Translations under genes and position numbers: made by a program | Part shown: piece after piece, positions 7,588-16,700 of the stretch | Numbering within the stretch: the first letter of the stretch is position 1 | Layout of the letters: every line of letters starts with the position of its first letter | The notes under the pieces: generated by a model | The model's input: only the letters and a program-made list of their open reading frames with translations | What the model was told of the DNA's origin: nothing | Database searches by the model: none | Origin: an uncultured Fibrobacteria bacterium | GTDB lineage: Bacteria; Fibrobacterota; Fibrobacteria; UBA11236 | Assembly: GCA_963716395.1 (NCBI GenBank) | Contig: OY970309.1 | Span: 1,184,001-1,248,000, forward strand | Direction: 5' to 3' | Length of the DNA stretch: 64,000 nucleotides

Positions 7588-9960
7588 TTACAACGAGGCC
7601 GCCGGCGTGGCGACGGGGGAAATATCGACGAGCAGCGGCAGATGATCCGAGGCCACGCGGGTCAAATGCGTGCGCGGAACCTGCACGGCCTCGGCGCGCA
7701 GCTCCGGACTGAGCAACACGTGGTCGATGCGCGTCATAGGCAGGCTTCCGAAAAAAGTGTTGCGCGGCCGGTGTCCGCGGCCGCGCTGGGCGTCGTGCCA
7801 GTACCGGCCCAGGCGCGCCAGCGGCGGCGAGTCGGGACCGGCATTGAAATCGCCGGCCAGGATGAGCGGCGCGTCGTCGCCCGCGAGTCGCGTCTGCAAC
7901 GCGCGGGCCTGGGCGTCGCGCTCCGCGGCGGTAAGACCGAAATGCGTGCAGCACAAACGCAGATGCCCGCCGTTCCGAGGCACGACGGCACCCAGCGCCC
8001 CGCGCGCTTCGCCGCGGAACCCCGGAGGCATCGGAAAGGTGAACTGCCAGACTTCGGCAAAGGGAAAAATCCCCAGCCAGGCATTGCCGAACCCATCGTT
8101 GACCACGTCGAGGGTTTCGGGGTAGCGATAGGACGACACTAGGCGATCGCGCACGCGCCGCGCCTGCGTGTGCCCGTGATCCTCGTAACATTCCTGTAAA
8201 GCAATAAGGTGCGGACGGTAGGCCGCGATGACGCGGGCGATGCGATCCGGCGACGAGCGCCCGTCCATGCCCACGAGCCCGTGCACGTTGTAGCACAGCA
8301 CGCGCAGCCGCGGTTCCGAGGGAAACGGCAGCGGCGGCACGGAAGCAGGCGCGGCCGGCTGCCGAGCCGCCTGCACGGCCGCGCGCAGGTCGAGATGCCG
8401 GGCCGGGTCGGGCAGAAAGCGATGCCGGGGCAACAGGGCAAAGGCGCGCGTTTCGAAGAATCCCGGACCGCCGTGCGCGCCGTTTTCAAAGGCGAAGGTC
8501 ACGCAGGGGCCGCCGGGACGCCAACCGCATACCACGAGATCGCCGGCGTCGGGGTGGCGGCACAGCGTGACCAAATCCGGCCCGCACCAGGGCAGAAACG
8601 GATGGTGCGGAGTCAGCACTTCTGCGGCGTCGCGGGGCAAAAGAAAAATTCCCCGTTCGGTGTAAGCCCGCGCCGTCCCGTCGCGTAAGTCGGCCAAAAC
8701 CAGGGGCGCCCCGCTTGCGACCAGCTTGCCGGCCACCGCACCGACGTCGCCGGAAAAATCCGTGGGCAGATACACATGCGCCACCGGACCCAGGGCCGCC
8801 ACCTTGAGACCGCGCCGCTCCTGCGGAGATTCGGCCACAGAAGGACGGCGCCGCAGCAACAGGTCTTCAATCCGTTGGCCGGTGGGATCCTGGCTGCGCA
8901 TCACGCGATCCGAACCGCTGCCATCGGGGCGGGTGTCCACGCCAGCGGCCTCTTGTTTCACTTCGGCTTGCACGCAACGGGCTGCGGCCTCCGCCAGGGT
9001 TTCACGGCGTAGGCGCAGAAAAGGCACGGCGTGCTCCTGCCCGTGGTCGGAATAAATCCACACCTCGTATTCGCGCGCGCCGCTGCGCTCCGCGGCCCGG
9101 AAAATGCGGCGGATGCTGCGATCGATGCCACGCAGCCCGAAATGGGCCAGCGCCGAGGAAGGGCCGCGGCGGTGCGACTGCTCGTCGTACCCGTTGAAAT
9201 TCACCTGCACCATGGGTAACCCGCGGGTAACGTCCAGGCAGGCCATGGCGGTGATCACTTCGCGCAGGCCCACGCACACGAACACGCGCGAAAACAGAAA
9301 CAGGAATTCGTAACGGTATTCCCCGCGCCGAATTCCGCCGCGTAGTGCGTCAAACACCGCCAAAAAAGCCTCGACCCCGAGTAGCAGGCCGAGGCTCAGC
9401 AGTCCGCCGAGATTGAGCGCCGCTACGGTGACCATGCCCCAGGGGCGAATGGCCTTCATCAAGTGTGCGGCCGACAGGCGCGACGCGCAGAAATGCGCTT
9501 CCTTGGCGCCGCCGGTGTATATGTTGGAATAGCTGCTGCCCCCGCCCAGCAGAGGTTCGCCCTCTTGCTCCAAGTCGGCTTCCACGGCTGCGGCGCAGTC
9601 GCCCTTGAGCATGTTCATCAGCGAACCGTCGCTGCGGCGGCGAAAGGCAAAAGCCGGTACGGCGCAGGGCCGGCCGTAGAACAGCTCGGCTTGCGCCGCG
9701 GGCGTGGTCGAGGGCAGGCCCGAATACAGATTGTGCAATTCATAGCCGCCGCGTTGCACCAGGCCCCGCAAAAAGCGCATGCGGCCGCGCCGCAACGCAT
9801 GTTCCAATTGCACGCGGGCCAGGCCGTCGATTTGGATCAGCACCATGCCCGGCGTTTCCGACGGCTCGATCTTGGGCAGGCGCAACAGGCGCAACGACCA
9901 TTCGTTGCGCGACAGCGCGCGGCGGAGGCGGCGCGCCCCGCGTTCGATCCAATCGATCAT
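7588..9960 (-). CDS. Fusion of an alkaline-phosphatase-superfamily domain and an endonuclease/exonuclease/phosphatase (EEP) domain
   Basis: LIQIDGL, PSTTPA, YDEQSHRRGP, YSDHGQ, HGG; then YNVH, LQE, AGDFNA, IDH, ASDHLP. Confidence 0.85.
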   Translation of the reverse strand: MIDWIERGARRLRRALSRNEWSLRLLRLPKIEPSETPGMVLIQIDGLARVQLEHALRRGRMRFLRGLVQRGGYELHNLYSGLPSTTPAAQAELFYGRPCAVPAFAFRRRSDGSLMNMLKGDCAAAVEADLEQEGEPLLGGGSSYSNIYTGGAKEAHFCASRLSAAHLMKAIRPWGMVTVAALNLGGLLSLGLLLGVEAFLAVFDALRGGIRRGEYRYEFLFLFSRVFVCVGLREVITAMACLDVTRGLPMVQVNFNGYDEQSHRRGPSSALAHFGLRGIDRSIRRIFRAAERSGAREYEVWIYSDHGQEHAVPFLRLRRETLAEAAARCVQAEVKQEAAGVDTRPDGSGSDRVMRSQDPTGQRIEDLLLRRRPSVAESPQERRGLKVAALGPVAHVYLPTDFSGDVGAVAGKLVASGAPLVLADLRDGTARAYTERGIFLLPRDAAEVLTPHHPFLPWCGPDLVTLCRHPDAGDLVVCGWRPGGPCVTFAFENGAHGGPGFFETRAFALLPRHRFLPDPARHLDLRAAVQAARQPAAPASVPPLPFPSEPRLRVLCYNVHGLVGMDGRSSPDRIARVIAAYRPHLIALQECYEDHGHTQARRVRDRLVSSYRYPETLDVVNDGFGNAWLGIFPFAEVWQFTFPMPPGFRGEARGALGAVVPRNGGHLRLCCTHFGLTAAERDAQARALQTRLAGDDAPLILAGDFNAGPDSPPLARLGRYWHDAQRGRGHRPRNTFFGSLPMTRIDHVLLSPELRAEAVQVPRTHLTRVASDHLPLLVDISPVATPAASL

Positions 9961-11234
9961 GCGATGAACGCCTCCGACAGGGCCGAAGCTTTGGCGCCGA
10001 TCAACTTCCATTCCGCCTGCAGGCGCCGCAACGACCCCTGCCACGGGCTTTCGTCGCTGACGGCGAGCGGGCTTTCACCGCTCAGCGCCGTCCGGTACAC
10101 GGAGAGCAATCTCTCCAGGCACGCGGCGCGGTCGAAACCGGCCGCCGTAGCTTTGGCGTTACGGCGCCAGGCCGCGCGCACCGCCGCGGGGGCGGCTGGT
10201 AGCGCGCCCAAAGCGGCGGCGAAGGCCGGCGCGTCGGAGCGGGGCAACAGGCGGCCGTTCCAGCGATCGCGCACCACTTCCCGAACGCCCGGAGCATCCA
10301 GCGCCACTACGGGCACCCCGGCTGCCATGGCTTCGGCCAGCACCAGGCCCTGGGTTTCCGAAGTCGAGGCAAAGGCGAAGACATCCATGGCCGCATACAC
10401 GTCGGCCAAGTCCGATCCGCGCAGCACGCCGGCGTGGAGAACCTGGGCCTCGACGCGCGCGCGGCGGAAGATGCGTTCCAGGGTTTTCTCTTCGGGCCCG
10501 ATGCCGACCACGAGAAAGCGGGATTGGGGACGCGCCGCCAAATGCTGCGCCACCGCCCGCCCCAGAAAGGCGAGGTTTTTCTCGCGCGCCAGCCGACCCA
10601 CGTGGCCTACTACAAAAGTTTGGGCCGTCAATCCGAAGCGTTCGCGGCCGCGCCGCCGATCTCCCGCAGCGAAGAAGGCGGTGTCGATGCCCGTAGGGCA
10701 GACATGCACGGGTTTGCGCACGCCGCGCCGGCGCAGCAGTTTGGCGATGCTCTCGCTCGGCGCTATCACCCTATCGCACAAATTGGCGTATTCGGTGGGC
10801 AATTCGCGCGCGAAGCGCCGCAAGGCGGGAAATTCCGGCGCCAGGTAATGCGTGTAGCGCTCGTACAGGGTGTGGTGGGTGAACACCAGCGGCAGGCCGC
10901 GTTCGGCGGCGATGCGCACCGCGGTGTCGCCGAGCAGAAACGGGTGATGCGAATGCACCAGTTGCGGAGTAAAGGCCTCCACCGGTTCATCCAGCAAGCC
11001 CGGGACGGGAAGGCCCACCGAAAAATCGCTGCCGTTGAAATTGTGGATGGCGGGCACGCGGAGAACCTCGGCGTCGGGAACCATATTGTCGAATTCCGGC
11101 GCCACCACTTTCACCACATGGCCGCGGGCGCGTAAACCTTCGGCCATGGTGTGCACGGCATGCGCCACGCCCCCCACATGGGGCAAATAGGTGTTGGTGA
11201 ACATGAGAATGCGCAGGCAAGCGGCGTCGGACAT
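9957..11234 (-). CDS. Glycosyltransferase family 4 (diacylglycerol glucosyltransferase-like)
   Basis: FTNTYLPHVGGV, VGRLAREKN, SETQGLVLAEAMAAG; 4-bp overlap with the downstream gene. Confidence 0.9.
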   Translation of the reverse strand: MSDAACLRILMFTNTYLPHVGGVAHAVHTMAEGLRARGHVVKVVAPEFDNMVPDAEVLRVPAIHNFNGSDFSVGLPVPGLLDEPVEAFTPQLVHSHHPFLLGDTAVRIAAERGLPLVFTHHTLYERYTHYLAPEFPALRRFARELPTEYANLCDRVIAPSESIAKLLRRRGVRKPVHVCPTGIDTAFFAAGDRRRGRERFGLTAQTFVVGHVGRLAREKNLAFLGRAVAQHLAARPQSRFLVVGIGPEEKTLERIFRRARVEAQVLHAGVLRGSDLADVYAAMDVFAFASTSETQGLVLAEAMAAGVPVVALDAPGVREVVRDRWNGRLLPRSDAPAFAAALGALPAAPAAVRAAWRRNAKATAAGFDRAACLERLLSVYRTALSGESPLAVSDESPWQGSLRRLQAEWKLIGAKASALSEAFIA

Positions 11235-11275
11235 GGGGCCACTCAAAATATCCTTTTTCGCATGCGGTTATAATT

Positions 11276-11326
11276 TAGGGTGCCTCGTAAAATCGTAGGC
11301 TCCGCCTAGGGCAAACGGACCCATTT
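11276..11326. repeat. Degenerate copy of a ~60-bp dispersed intergenic element (related to 59181-59232 and 60542-60600)
   Basis: AGGGTGCCTCGTAAAATC..CTCCGCCT..GGC..GGACCCATT resembles the reverse complement of 60542-60600. Confidence 0.5.
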
Positions 11327-11374
11327 CCGGCGCATCGAGGAAGCAGCCTCCCCGGGCTTATCGGGCAGCTTGAC

Positions 11375-12088
11375 ATGATCGAAACCCAGTTACAATTCGG
11401 TTGGAACGCCGCTTTTTTGGGCGGCCTGTCGAGTATCGCGCTCATCGATCTGGTGCTGTCCGGCGATAATTCCATCGTGATCGCCATGGCCGTGCAAAGC
11501 TTGGCTCCCCAGAAACGCAAATGGGGCTTGTTGCTCGGCGCCGGCGCGGCCGCGGCCTTGCGCATCGCTTTCACCTTCGGCGCCCTTTGGTTATTGAACG
11601 TCCCCTTTCTCAAGTTGATCGGCGGCGCCCTCATTTTCTGGATTGCCGTGAAGCTTTTGTCACAGCCGGCGGAAACGGGAGGCCGCCGCGGCGGAAGTTC
11701 TTTGTGGAACGCCGTGGGAATCATTGTTGTGGCCGACGTGAGTATGTCGCTCGACAATGTGCTGGCCGTGGCGGGAGCAGCCCAGGGACATTCCGGCTTG
11801 CTGTGGTTCGGGTTGGGGCTTTCCATTCCGCTGGTTGTGTTCGCCAGCGGCCTCTTGTCGCGCCTGATGGATCGTTTCCCCGTCATCCTCATCGCCGGTG
11901 CGGTCATACTGGGCAAGGTGGGTGGAGAAATGATCGCCGAAGATCCCGCCGGTCAGCGCGCCCTGGCCTTTCTTCCCCATGCCGATCTCGTTTTGGGCGG
12001 CTTGGGCGCTTTGGTGATGCTGGGATTCGGGATTTGGCGCCGAAGGCGCAAGGTCGATTCGGCCAAGCATGAAAACCGACCGGGTTAA
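11375..12088 (+). CDS. TerC family (YjbE-like) membrane protein
   Basis: IDLVLSGDNSIVIAMA, ADVSMSLDNVLAVAGAA. Confidence 0.9.
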   Translation: MIETQLQFGWNAAFLGGLSSIALIDLVLSGDNSIVIAMAVQSLAPQKRKWGLLLGAGAAAALRIAFTFGALWLLNVPFLKLIGGALIFWIAVKLLSQPAETGGRRGGSSLWNAVGIIVVADVSMSLDNVLAVAGAAQGHSGLLWFGLGLSIPLVVFASGLLSRLMDRFPVILIAGAVILGKVGGEMIAEDPAGQRALAFLPHADLVLGGLGALVMLGFGIWRRRRKVDSAKHENRPG

Positions 12089-12689
12089 AAGCCTTCCGTT
12101 TCCGGCCGCATGCTTGCGCGGGGACACCCAGGTTGCGGCCCGGGCCCTGTTGGGAGCGGTGTTGCGCCACCGTAGCCCCGAAGGTACGGCCGCGGGGCGC
12201 ATCGTGGAAACCGAGGCTTATTTGCGCGACGATCCGGCCTGCCATGCCAGCCGCGGCCGAACGCCGCGCAACACCCTGATGTTCGGACCCGCGGGGCGGG
12301 CCCACATCTATTTCATCTACGGCATGTACCATTGCTTCAACGTGGTCACGGGTCCCAAGGGCGTGGGCGAAGCCGTGCTCATTCGCGCGTTGGAGCCGTT
12401 GGAAGGTGAAGAACTCATGGCCCGGCGCCGCAGGCGAGAGAATCCTCGACACTGGTGCAATGGTCCGGCCAAACTGGTGCAGGCGCTCGGCATTACCCCC
12501 GGCCAGAACGGCTGCGATTTGGGCCGCGGGCCTTTGCGGCTTTTGGCCGCCGAGAGCTATCCGGGTTGGGAAGCGAAAGCCGCCATTCGGGCCGGACCGC
12601 GCATCGGGGTTTCGGCGGCCGCCGACCGGCCTCTGCGCTTTTATCTTGACGGGAACCCATTTGTCTCCAATTTTGTCTCCCAACCTTGA
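12069..12689 (+). CDS. DNA-3-methyladenine glycosylase (MPG/AAG type)
   Basis: GRIVETEAY, YFIYGMYHCFNVV, AVLIRALEP, GPRIGVS. Confidence 0.93.
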   Translation: MKTDRVKSLPFPAACLRGDTQVAARALLGAVLRHRSPEGTAAGRIVETEAYLRDDPACHASRGRTPRNTLMFGPAGRAHIYFIYGMYHCFNVVTGPKGVGEAVLIRALEPLEGEELMARRRRRENPRHWCNGPAKLVQALGITPGQNGCDLGRGPLRLLAAESYPGWEAKAAIRAGPRIGVSAAADRPLRFYLDGNPFVSNFVSQP

Positions 12690-12706
12690 GGCGGGAAAGG
12701 CCGGGC

Positions 12707-13489
12707 ATGCACATCCTGCTGGTGCAAAACGAAATCGAACACCTGCAACCCGAGCGCAACCGCGAACGGGTGCGGGAATTACTGCGCGCGGCGGAGGTGA
12801 AGCCTGCGGCATTGCTGGTCTTACCGGAATTGTTCAGCACCGGCGCCCTGCCCGAAGGTTTCGGAGCCGCCGAAGCGGCGGCGGTGGGGAAGGCCGACCG
12901 GCAATTCCTGGCCGACACGGCGCGCACGGCGCAGGCCTTTGTGCTGGGCGGCACGGTGGATGTCGAACCAGGGGCCTTGTGCAACCTGGCCTTGCTGTTC
13001 GATCCCGGCGGCGCAGAAATTGCCGCCTACCGCAAGGTGCATCCCTTTTCGCTGGGCGGCGAAGATCGGGTTTTTCAACCAGGTAACTCGTTAGTTACTC
13101 AGTCCGTGGAGGGCTTTTTGCTGCAACCGGCGATTTGCTATGACCTGCGCTTTCCCGAATTGTTCCGCGCCGGCCATCGCCGCGGCGTGACCCTGATTGC
13201 GTTGCCGGCCAATTGGCCCGAGTCGCGACAAATGCATTGGGAAATTCTGCTGCGCGCCCGCGCCATCGAAAACCAATGCTACGTCGTGGGCGTGAACTGC
13301 GTGGGGACCCAGAACGGCATTCGCTATGCGGGCGGGTCGATGGCGGTGTCGCCCAAAGGTGAGGTGATCGCCCACCTGGACGCCGCCGCCGGCGTGGCTG
13401 CGATCGCAATCGACCCGCGCGGAGTGGCGGCCTGGCGCCAGGCGTTTCCGGCCGGGCGCGATCGAAAACCCGATGCGTTTTGGTCCTAG
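12707..13489 (+). CDS. Carbon-nitrogen hydrolase (nitrilase family)
   Basis: LPELF, YRKVH, ICYDLRFPE, ARAIENQ. Confidence 0.9.
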   Translation: MHILLVQNEIEHLQPERNRERVRELLRAAEVKPAALLVLPELFSTGALPEGFGAAEAAAVGKADRQFLADTARTAQAFVLGGTVDVEPGALCNLALLFDPGGAEIAAYRKVHPFSLGGEDRVFQPGNSLVTQSVEGFLLQPAICYDLRFPELFRAGHRRGVTLIALPANWPESRQMHWEILLRARAIENQCYVVGVNCVGTQNGIRYAGGSMAVSPKGEVIAHLDAAAGVAAIAIDPRGVAAWRQAFPAGRDRKPDAFWS

Positions 13490-13522
13490 CGACAAAGAAC
13501 GATCCGGCCAGGAGGAAACGTC

Positions 13523-13990
13523 ATGAAAATCGCTTTTCAAATCGAAGTGCGGGCCCCGATGGAAGCGGTATGGAAAACCTTGCTCGACTTCGGGCATTAT
13601 TCGGAATGGAATTCCCTGCTTCCCTCGGTGGAAGGCGACCCGGCTTTGGACGCGACCCTGCAGGTCGTGGTCAGCCCCTTGGGATTGAACCGCCGCCATA
13701 TTGCCGCCCAGGTGACGGGTTTCATGTCGCCCAAATATTTCAGCCTGGAAAGCGCGCATCGCTTCGGCGCCTGGTTTTACCGCGAAGAGCTGGTGTTTCG
13801 CATGAAAGAAAAGGCCGACGGCGTGGAGTTTTTCGCCGAAGCCTTTGTGACCGGCCTGAGCCTGCGCTTTCGACGCGCTTCCGTAGAGGGCGCCTTTCGC
13901 CGCTCGCTGCTGCGCACGGCCGAGTCGCTCAAAGAACGGGTCGAAGCCGAAGGCGCGCCGGAGGCGAATCCGAACCCCCAGGCCGGATGA
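13523..13990 (+). CDS. SRPBCC domain protein
   Basis: IEVRAP.EAVWKTL.DF..Y.EWN ... LKERVE. Confidence 0.8.
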   Translation: MKIAFQIEVRAPMEAVWKTLLDFGHYSEWNSLLPSVEGDPALDATLQVVVSPLGLNRRHIAAQVTGFMSPKYFSLESAHRFGAWFYREELVFRMKEKADGVEFFAEAFVTGLSLRFRRASVEGAFRRSLLRTAESLKERVEAEGAPEANPNPQAG

Positions 13991-14605
13991 TTATCGGCGT
14001 TGGGCCGCGCGCTTTTTGAGCGGATATTCCCACAGGGTTTCCGCGACGCCGGCGCGTTTCGACGCGTAGCGTGCGGCCACGAAAAACCAATCCGACAGGC
14101 GGTTGAGGTAGCGTCCCGCTTCCGGCGGAACCGTCTCCCGGCGGCCGAGCGCCACCACGGTGCGTTCGACGCGGCGGCATTGGGCGCGGGCCTGATGCAA
14201 CCAGGCGTTGGGCCAGGAACCTCCGGGCAATACGAAGGAGACGAGCGGGGGCAGCGATTTCTGCATGGCGTCCATGTCCCGCTCCAAAGCGGTAACTTCG
14301 GCGTCACCCGGCAAGGGCATGCCTTCCCAGCTTGCGCCGGCCGGGGCGGATAAAACGCAGCCCAGGTCGAATAGGCGCTGCTGGATGGCGCGCAGGTGTT
14401 TTTCCAGGGTGCGGCGATCCGCGGCCGGCAGTTTTCGATCCGCGGCCAGAGCGGCGCGGCACAAACCGAGGACGCAGTTCAATTCGTCGATGCCGCCGTA
14501 AGCCGCCACGCGCGCGTGGTCTTTGGGCACGCGCACCCCGCCGATCAACGCCGTGTGGCCGTCGTCTCCCGAGCGCGTATACACGCGGTTGATGCGCAGG
14601 GGCAT
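13991..14605 (-). CDS. Cob(I)alamin adenosyltransferase, PduO type
   Basis: VYTRSGDDG.T, AYGGIDELN, FVLPGG, RRVER, YLNRLSDWFF. Confidence 0.92.
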   Translation of the reverse strand: MPLRINRVYTRSGDDGHTALIGGVRVPKDHARVAAYGGIDELNCVLGLCRAALAADRKLPAADRRTLEKHLRAIQQRLFDLGCVLSAPAGASWEGMPLPGDAEVTALERDMDAMQKSLPPLVSFVLPGGSWPNAWLHQARAQCRRVERTVVALGRRETVPPEAGRYLNRLSDWFFVAARYASKRAGVAETLWEYPLKKRAAQRR

Positions 14606-14608
14606 GGG

Positions 14609-15019
14609 TCAGGGTTTCGGATCGTAAAAACGCAACGGCGTCATTCTTGCGATCCGTTTGAAATCGCCGTCGGTGGAAAAAATCGGCGCCTGCAAACGCC
14701 GGGATACGGAGCAGATCAGAAAATCGGTATTCGACCCCTGAATTCCGGAAGCACGGCAGCGGTTGAATAATTCGGCGGCCGTTTCATAATCCTCAGGGAG
14801 CAGGGAGAGATCGGGAAAACTTCGCAAGCGATCGCGCAGCATCACGAATTGCGAAGGTTCTTTGATGCCGGAAAGAATTTCCTGCCGGACGGGGCCCAAA
14901 ACCAACGCCCGGCTTTCCCGAATCAGTTCCCGCAGAAGCGCGGAAACCAGGGGCGGCTCGCCTTTGGGGCGCCTCCGGAAGGTTTCGGACCAAATGCAGG
15001 TGTCCACCAAGACATTCAC
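14609..15019 (-). CDS. vapC: PIN-domain toxin (VapC family)
   Basis: VLVDTCIW, QEILSG, TDFLI, STDGDF. Confidence 0.9.
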   Translation of the reverse strand: MNVLVDTCIWSETFRRRPKGEPPLVSALLRELIRESRALVLGPVRQEILSGIKEPSQFVMLRDRLRSFPDLSLLPEDYETAAELFNRCRASGIQGSNTDFLICSVSRRLQAPIFSTDGDFKRIARMTPLRFYDPKP

Positions 15020-15216
15020 TTCCGCCGCCGTTGCCGCTTGTAATCGAAATGCGGGTCGTACTCGATTTTGCCGAACAGATCGACGATTTTCATTTGCTCG
15101 TGTCGTTGCACGTATTCCTTCAACGCCTCGGTGACCGCGGCTTTTTTGGTTCCATGCCGTCCGGCTTTTTGCGCCGCCACGATCAGCTTATCATCGATGG
15201 CCAAATTCGTCGCCAT
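15016..15216 (-). CDS. vapB: VapB-like antitoxin
   Basis: MATNLAIDD.LI..A..TKKAAV..AL.EY; 4-bp overlap with the PIN gene. Confidence 0.88.
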   Translation of the reverse strand: MATNLAIDDKLIVAAQKAGRHGTKKAAVTEALKEYVQRHEQMKIVDLFGKIEYDPHFDYKRQRRRK

Positions 15217-15229
15217 GCCCACCTCATTT

Positions 15230-15268
15230 TTTACACATAATTCTACACTACTATTTACACAATTGCAA
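15230..15268 (-). promoter_or_regulatory. Sigma70-type promoter of vapBC with three 12-bp-spaced direct repeats (putative operator)
   Basis: Minus strand TTGCAA-N17-TAGAAT; TACAC at plus-strand 15232, 15244 and 15256. Confidence 0.7.
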
Positions 15269-15296
15269 ACTCAAAATTAACCTAATTTTGCACCCC

Positions 15297-15875
15297 ATGA
15301 ATTACGCCGCACGTTCACACCGCCGAGGACACAGCCGCATGCTTTGGTTTTCCATATTGTGCATGGCGGTTGCGCTGGCGGGTTGCGCCCTCCTCCCTTC
15401 CGGATCCGCGCAACCCCAGCGACTCCACATCCTGCCCAACGACCGGATTTTTCTGGTCGTCGCCCCCTTCGATTCGGTGACGCAGGCGGAGCTGACGCAT
15501 CTCGAACTCAATCCGGAAAAGCTTTACGGCGACCTCGTGTCGGAATTGCAATACCAACTGTATCTGCACAAACACGAAGAGGCTGCGGATAGCGCGGACG
15601 CCACGGTGCGCATGACCCTGTCGATCCGGCGCCTGCAACCCGGCGCTGGCAATTCCGGTACCTTCATCGAGGGATCTCTGACGGCGGAACGCGGTGGAAG
15701 CGGGCCCGAAACCGTGGCCCTGGAAATCCGCCAACCGGCGAAGGCCAATGTTCCCCAGGAATTCCTGCCGTTGCAGGTGCCGCGGGCCTTAGCCGCAGAA
15801 ATCATGGATCGCCTGGAAACGCCGAAGTCGACTTCCAGCGAGTTCACCACGCCCCAGTTGATTCTGCTTCATTAA
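15297..15875 (+). CDS. Hypothetical lipoprotein
   Basis: Hydrophobic segment ending in lipobox LAGC; start uncertain (15288, 15297 or 15339). Confidence 0.65.
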   Translation: MNYAARSHRRGHSRMLWFSILCMAVALAGCALLPSGSAQPQRLHILPNDRIFLVVAPFDSVTQAELTHLELNPEKLYGDLVSELQYQLYLHKHEEAADSADATVRMTLSIRRLQPGAGNSGTFIEGSLTAERGGSGPETVALEIRQPAKANVPQEFLPLQVPRALAAEIMDRLETPKSTSSEFTTPQLILLH

Positions 15876-15878
15876 CAA

Positions 15879-16700
15879 TCAGGCGTAAAACCCGTTTCGG
15901 GCCAAAAACTCCGCCGAGGCGCGCAAGGCCCGTCGCCAATCGTCTTTGAAGGGATACAAATCCGGGGTGAGATCGCCGGCATAGCCGCCTTCGGTCAAGG
16001 CCGCGAACACGGCGGTGAAGTCCACGTCGCCGTCGCCGAACAGCAGGTGCCGGTGCACGCGGCCGCGGATGTCTTCAAGATGCACGTTGGAAAGATGGGG
16101 GGCGAGCGTGCGCAGGCAGGCGGCGATCTCTTCGCCTTCGACCGCACTATGCCCCACGTCGAAATTGGCGAACACTTCTCCGGGAAAGCGTCGGCACAAC
16201 GACCGCAGTTGGGCCGTGGCATGGATGAGATGCTCGGGCTCCTGCTCCACCGCCACACGTACCGAACGGGGCCGCCCCGCCACGATTTCTTCCAGCGCCG
16301 CAAACACCCGGACTTCTTCCGCGGCAAAATCCGCCGCGTGCGTCGGTAATCCCGTAGTTACGGTCATATAAGCGCTACCCAGGTTTTCCGCGATGCGGCA
16401 AGCGGCCAGGGCCGCCCCGATACGGCGGGTTCGGCCGGCCGGGTCGGGCGCGCCGAGCCCGGGCCGGTGCGCTGCGGGGCCGAGCAGGTACGGCGCGCCC
16501 AAATGCACGTTGCGCACGCGCAAGCCCCGGCTTTCCAATTCGAGGCGGAACCCGCGCCAAAACCCCGTGTCGCCGGCACGCACCAAGGTATCGGGCGTCA
16601 CCACGAATTCCACCCCCCGGAAGGGCGTGGGAAGCAGGGCGGCGGCGATTTGGGAGGCGGTGAAACCGTCGGGCAGCGAACCCGTGCTATAGCAAAGCAT
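15879..16700 (-). CDS. Sugar phosphate isomerase/epimerase (xylose-isomerase-like TIM barrel), ebo-cluster-associated type
   Basis: EQEPEH, FDVGH, VHLEDI, HRHLLFGDGDVDF. Confidence 0.85.
   Translation of the reverse strand: MLCYSTGSLPDGFTASQIAAALLPTPFRGVEFVVTPDTLVRAGDTGFWRGFRLELESRGLRVRNVHLGAPYLLGPAAHRPGLGAPDPAGRTRRIGAALAACRIAENLGSAYMTVTTGLPTHAADFAAEEVRVFAALEEIVAGRPRSVRVAVEQEPEHLIHATAQLRSLCRRFPGEVFANFDVGHSAVEGEEIAACLRTLAPHLSNVHLEDIRGRVHRHLLFGDGDVDFTAVFAALTEGGYAGDLTPDLYPFKDDWRRALRASAEFLARNGFYA

Noticed and set aside
6473-8296. 607-aa extended MscS; similarly extended ORFs 23448-25502, 36367-38196, 48107-51292 and 56601-57437
   Set aside because: The N-terminal extensions run over neighbouring genes or non-coding elements and are Arg/Ala/Pro-rich; they are high-GC read-through artefacts.
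9463-10848. Long antisense and shadow ORFs (also 19125-20537, 24851-26038, 51214-52638, 53659-54900)
   Set aside because: They lie opposite well-supported genes and have no recognisable motifs, as expected from GC3 bias.
11275-11374. yybP-ykoY riboswitch or SRP RNA upstream of terC (GGAAGCAGCC at ~11339)
   Set aside because: No GGGGAGUAG core and no TCAGG..GGAAGG SRP loop context; the region is better explained by the dispersed repeat.
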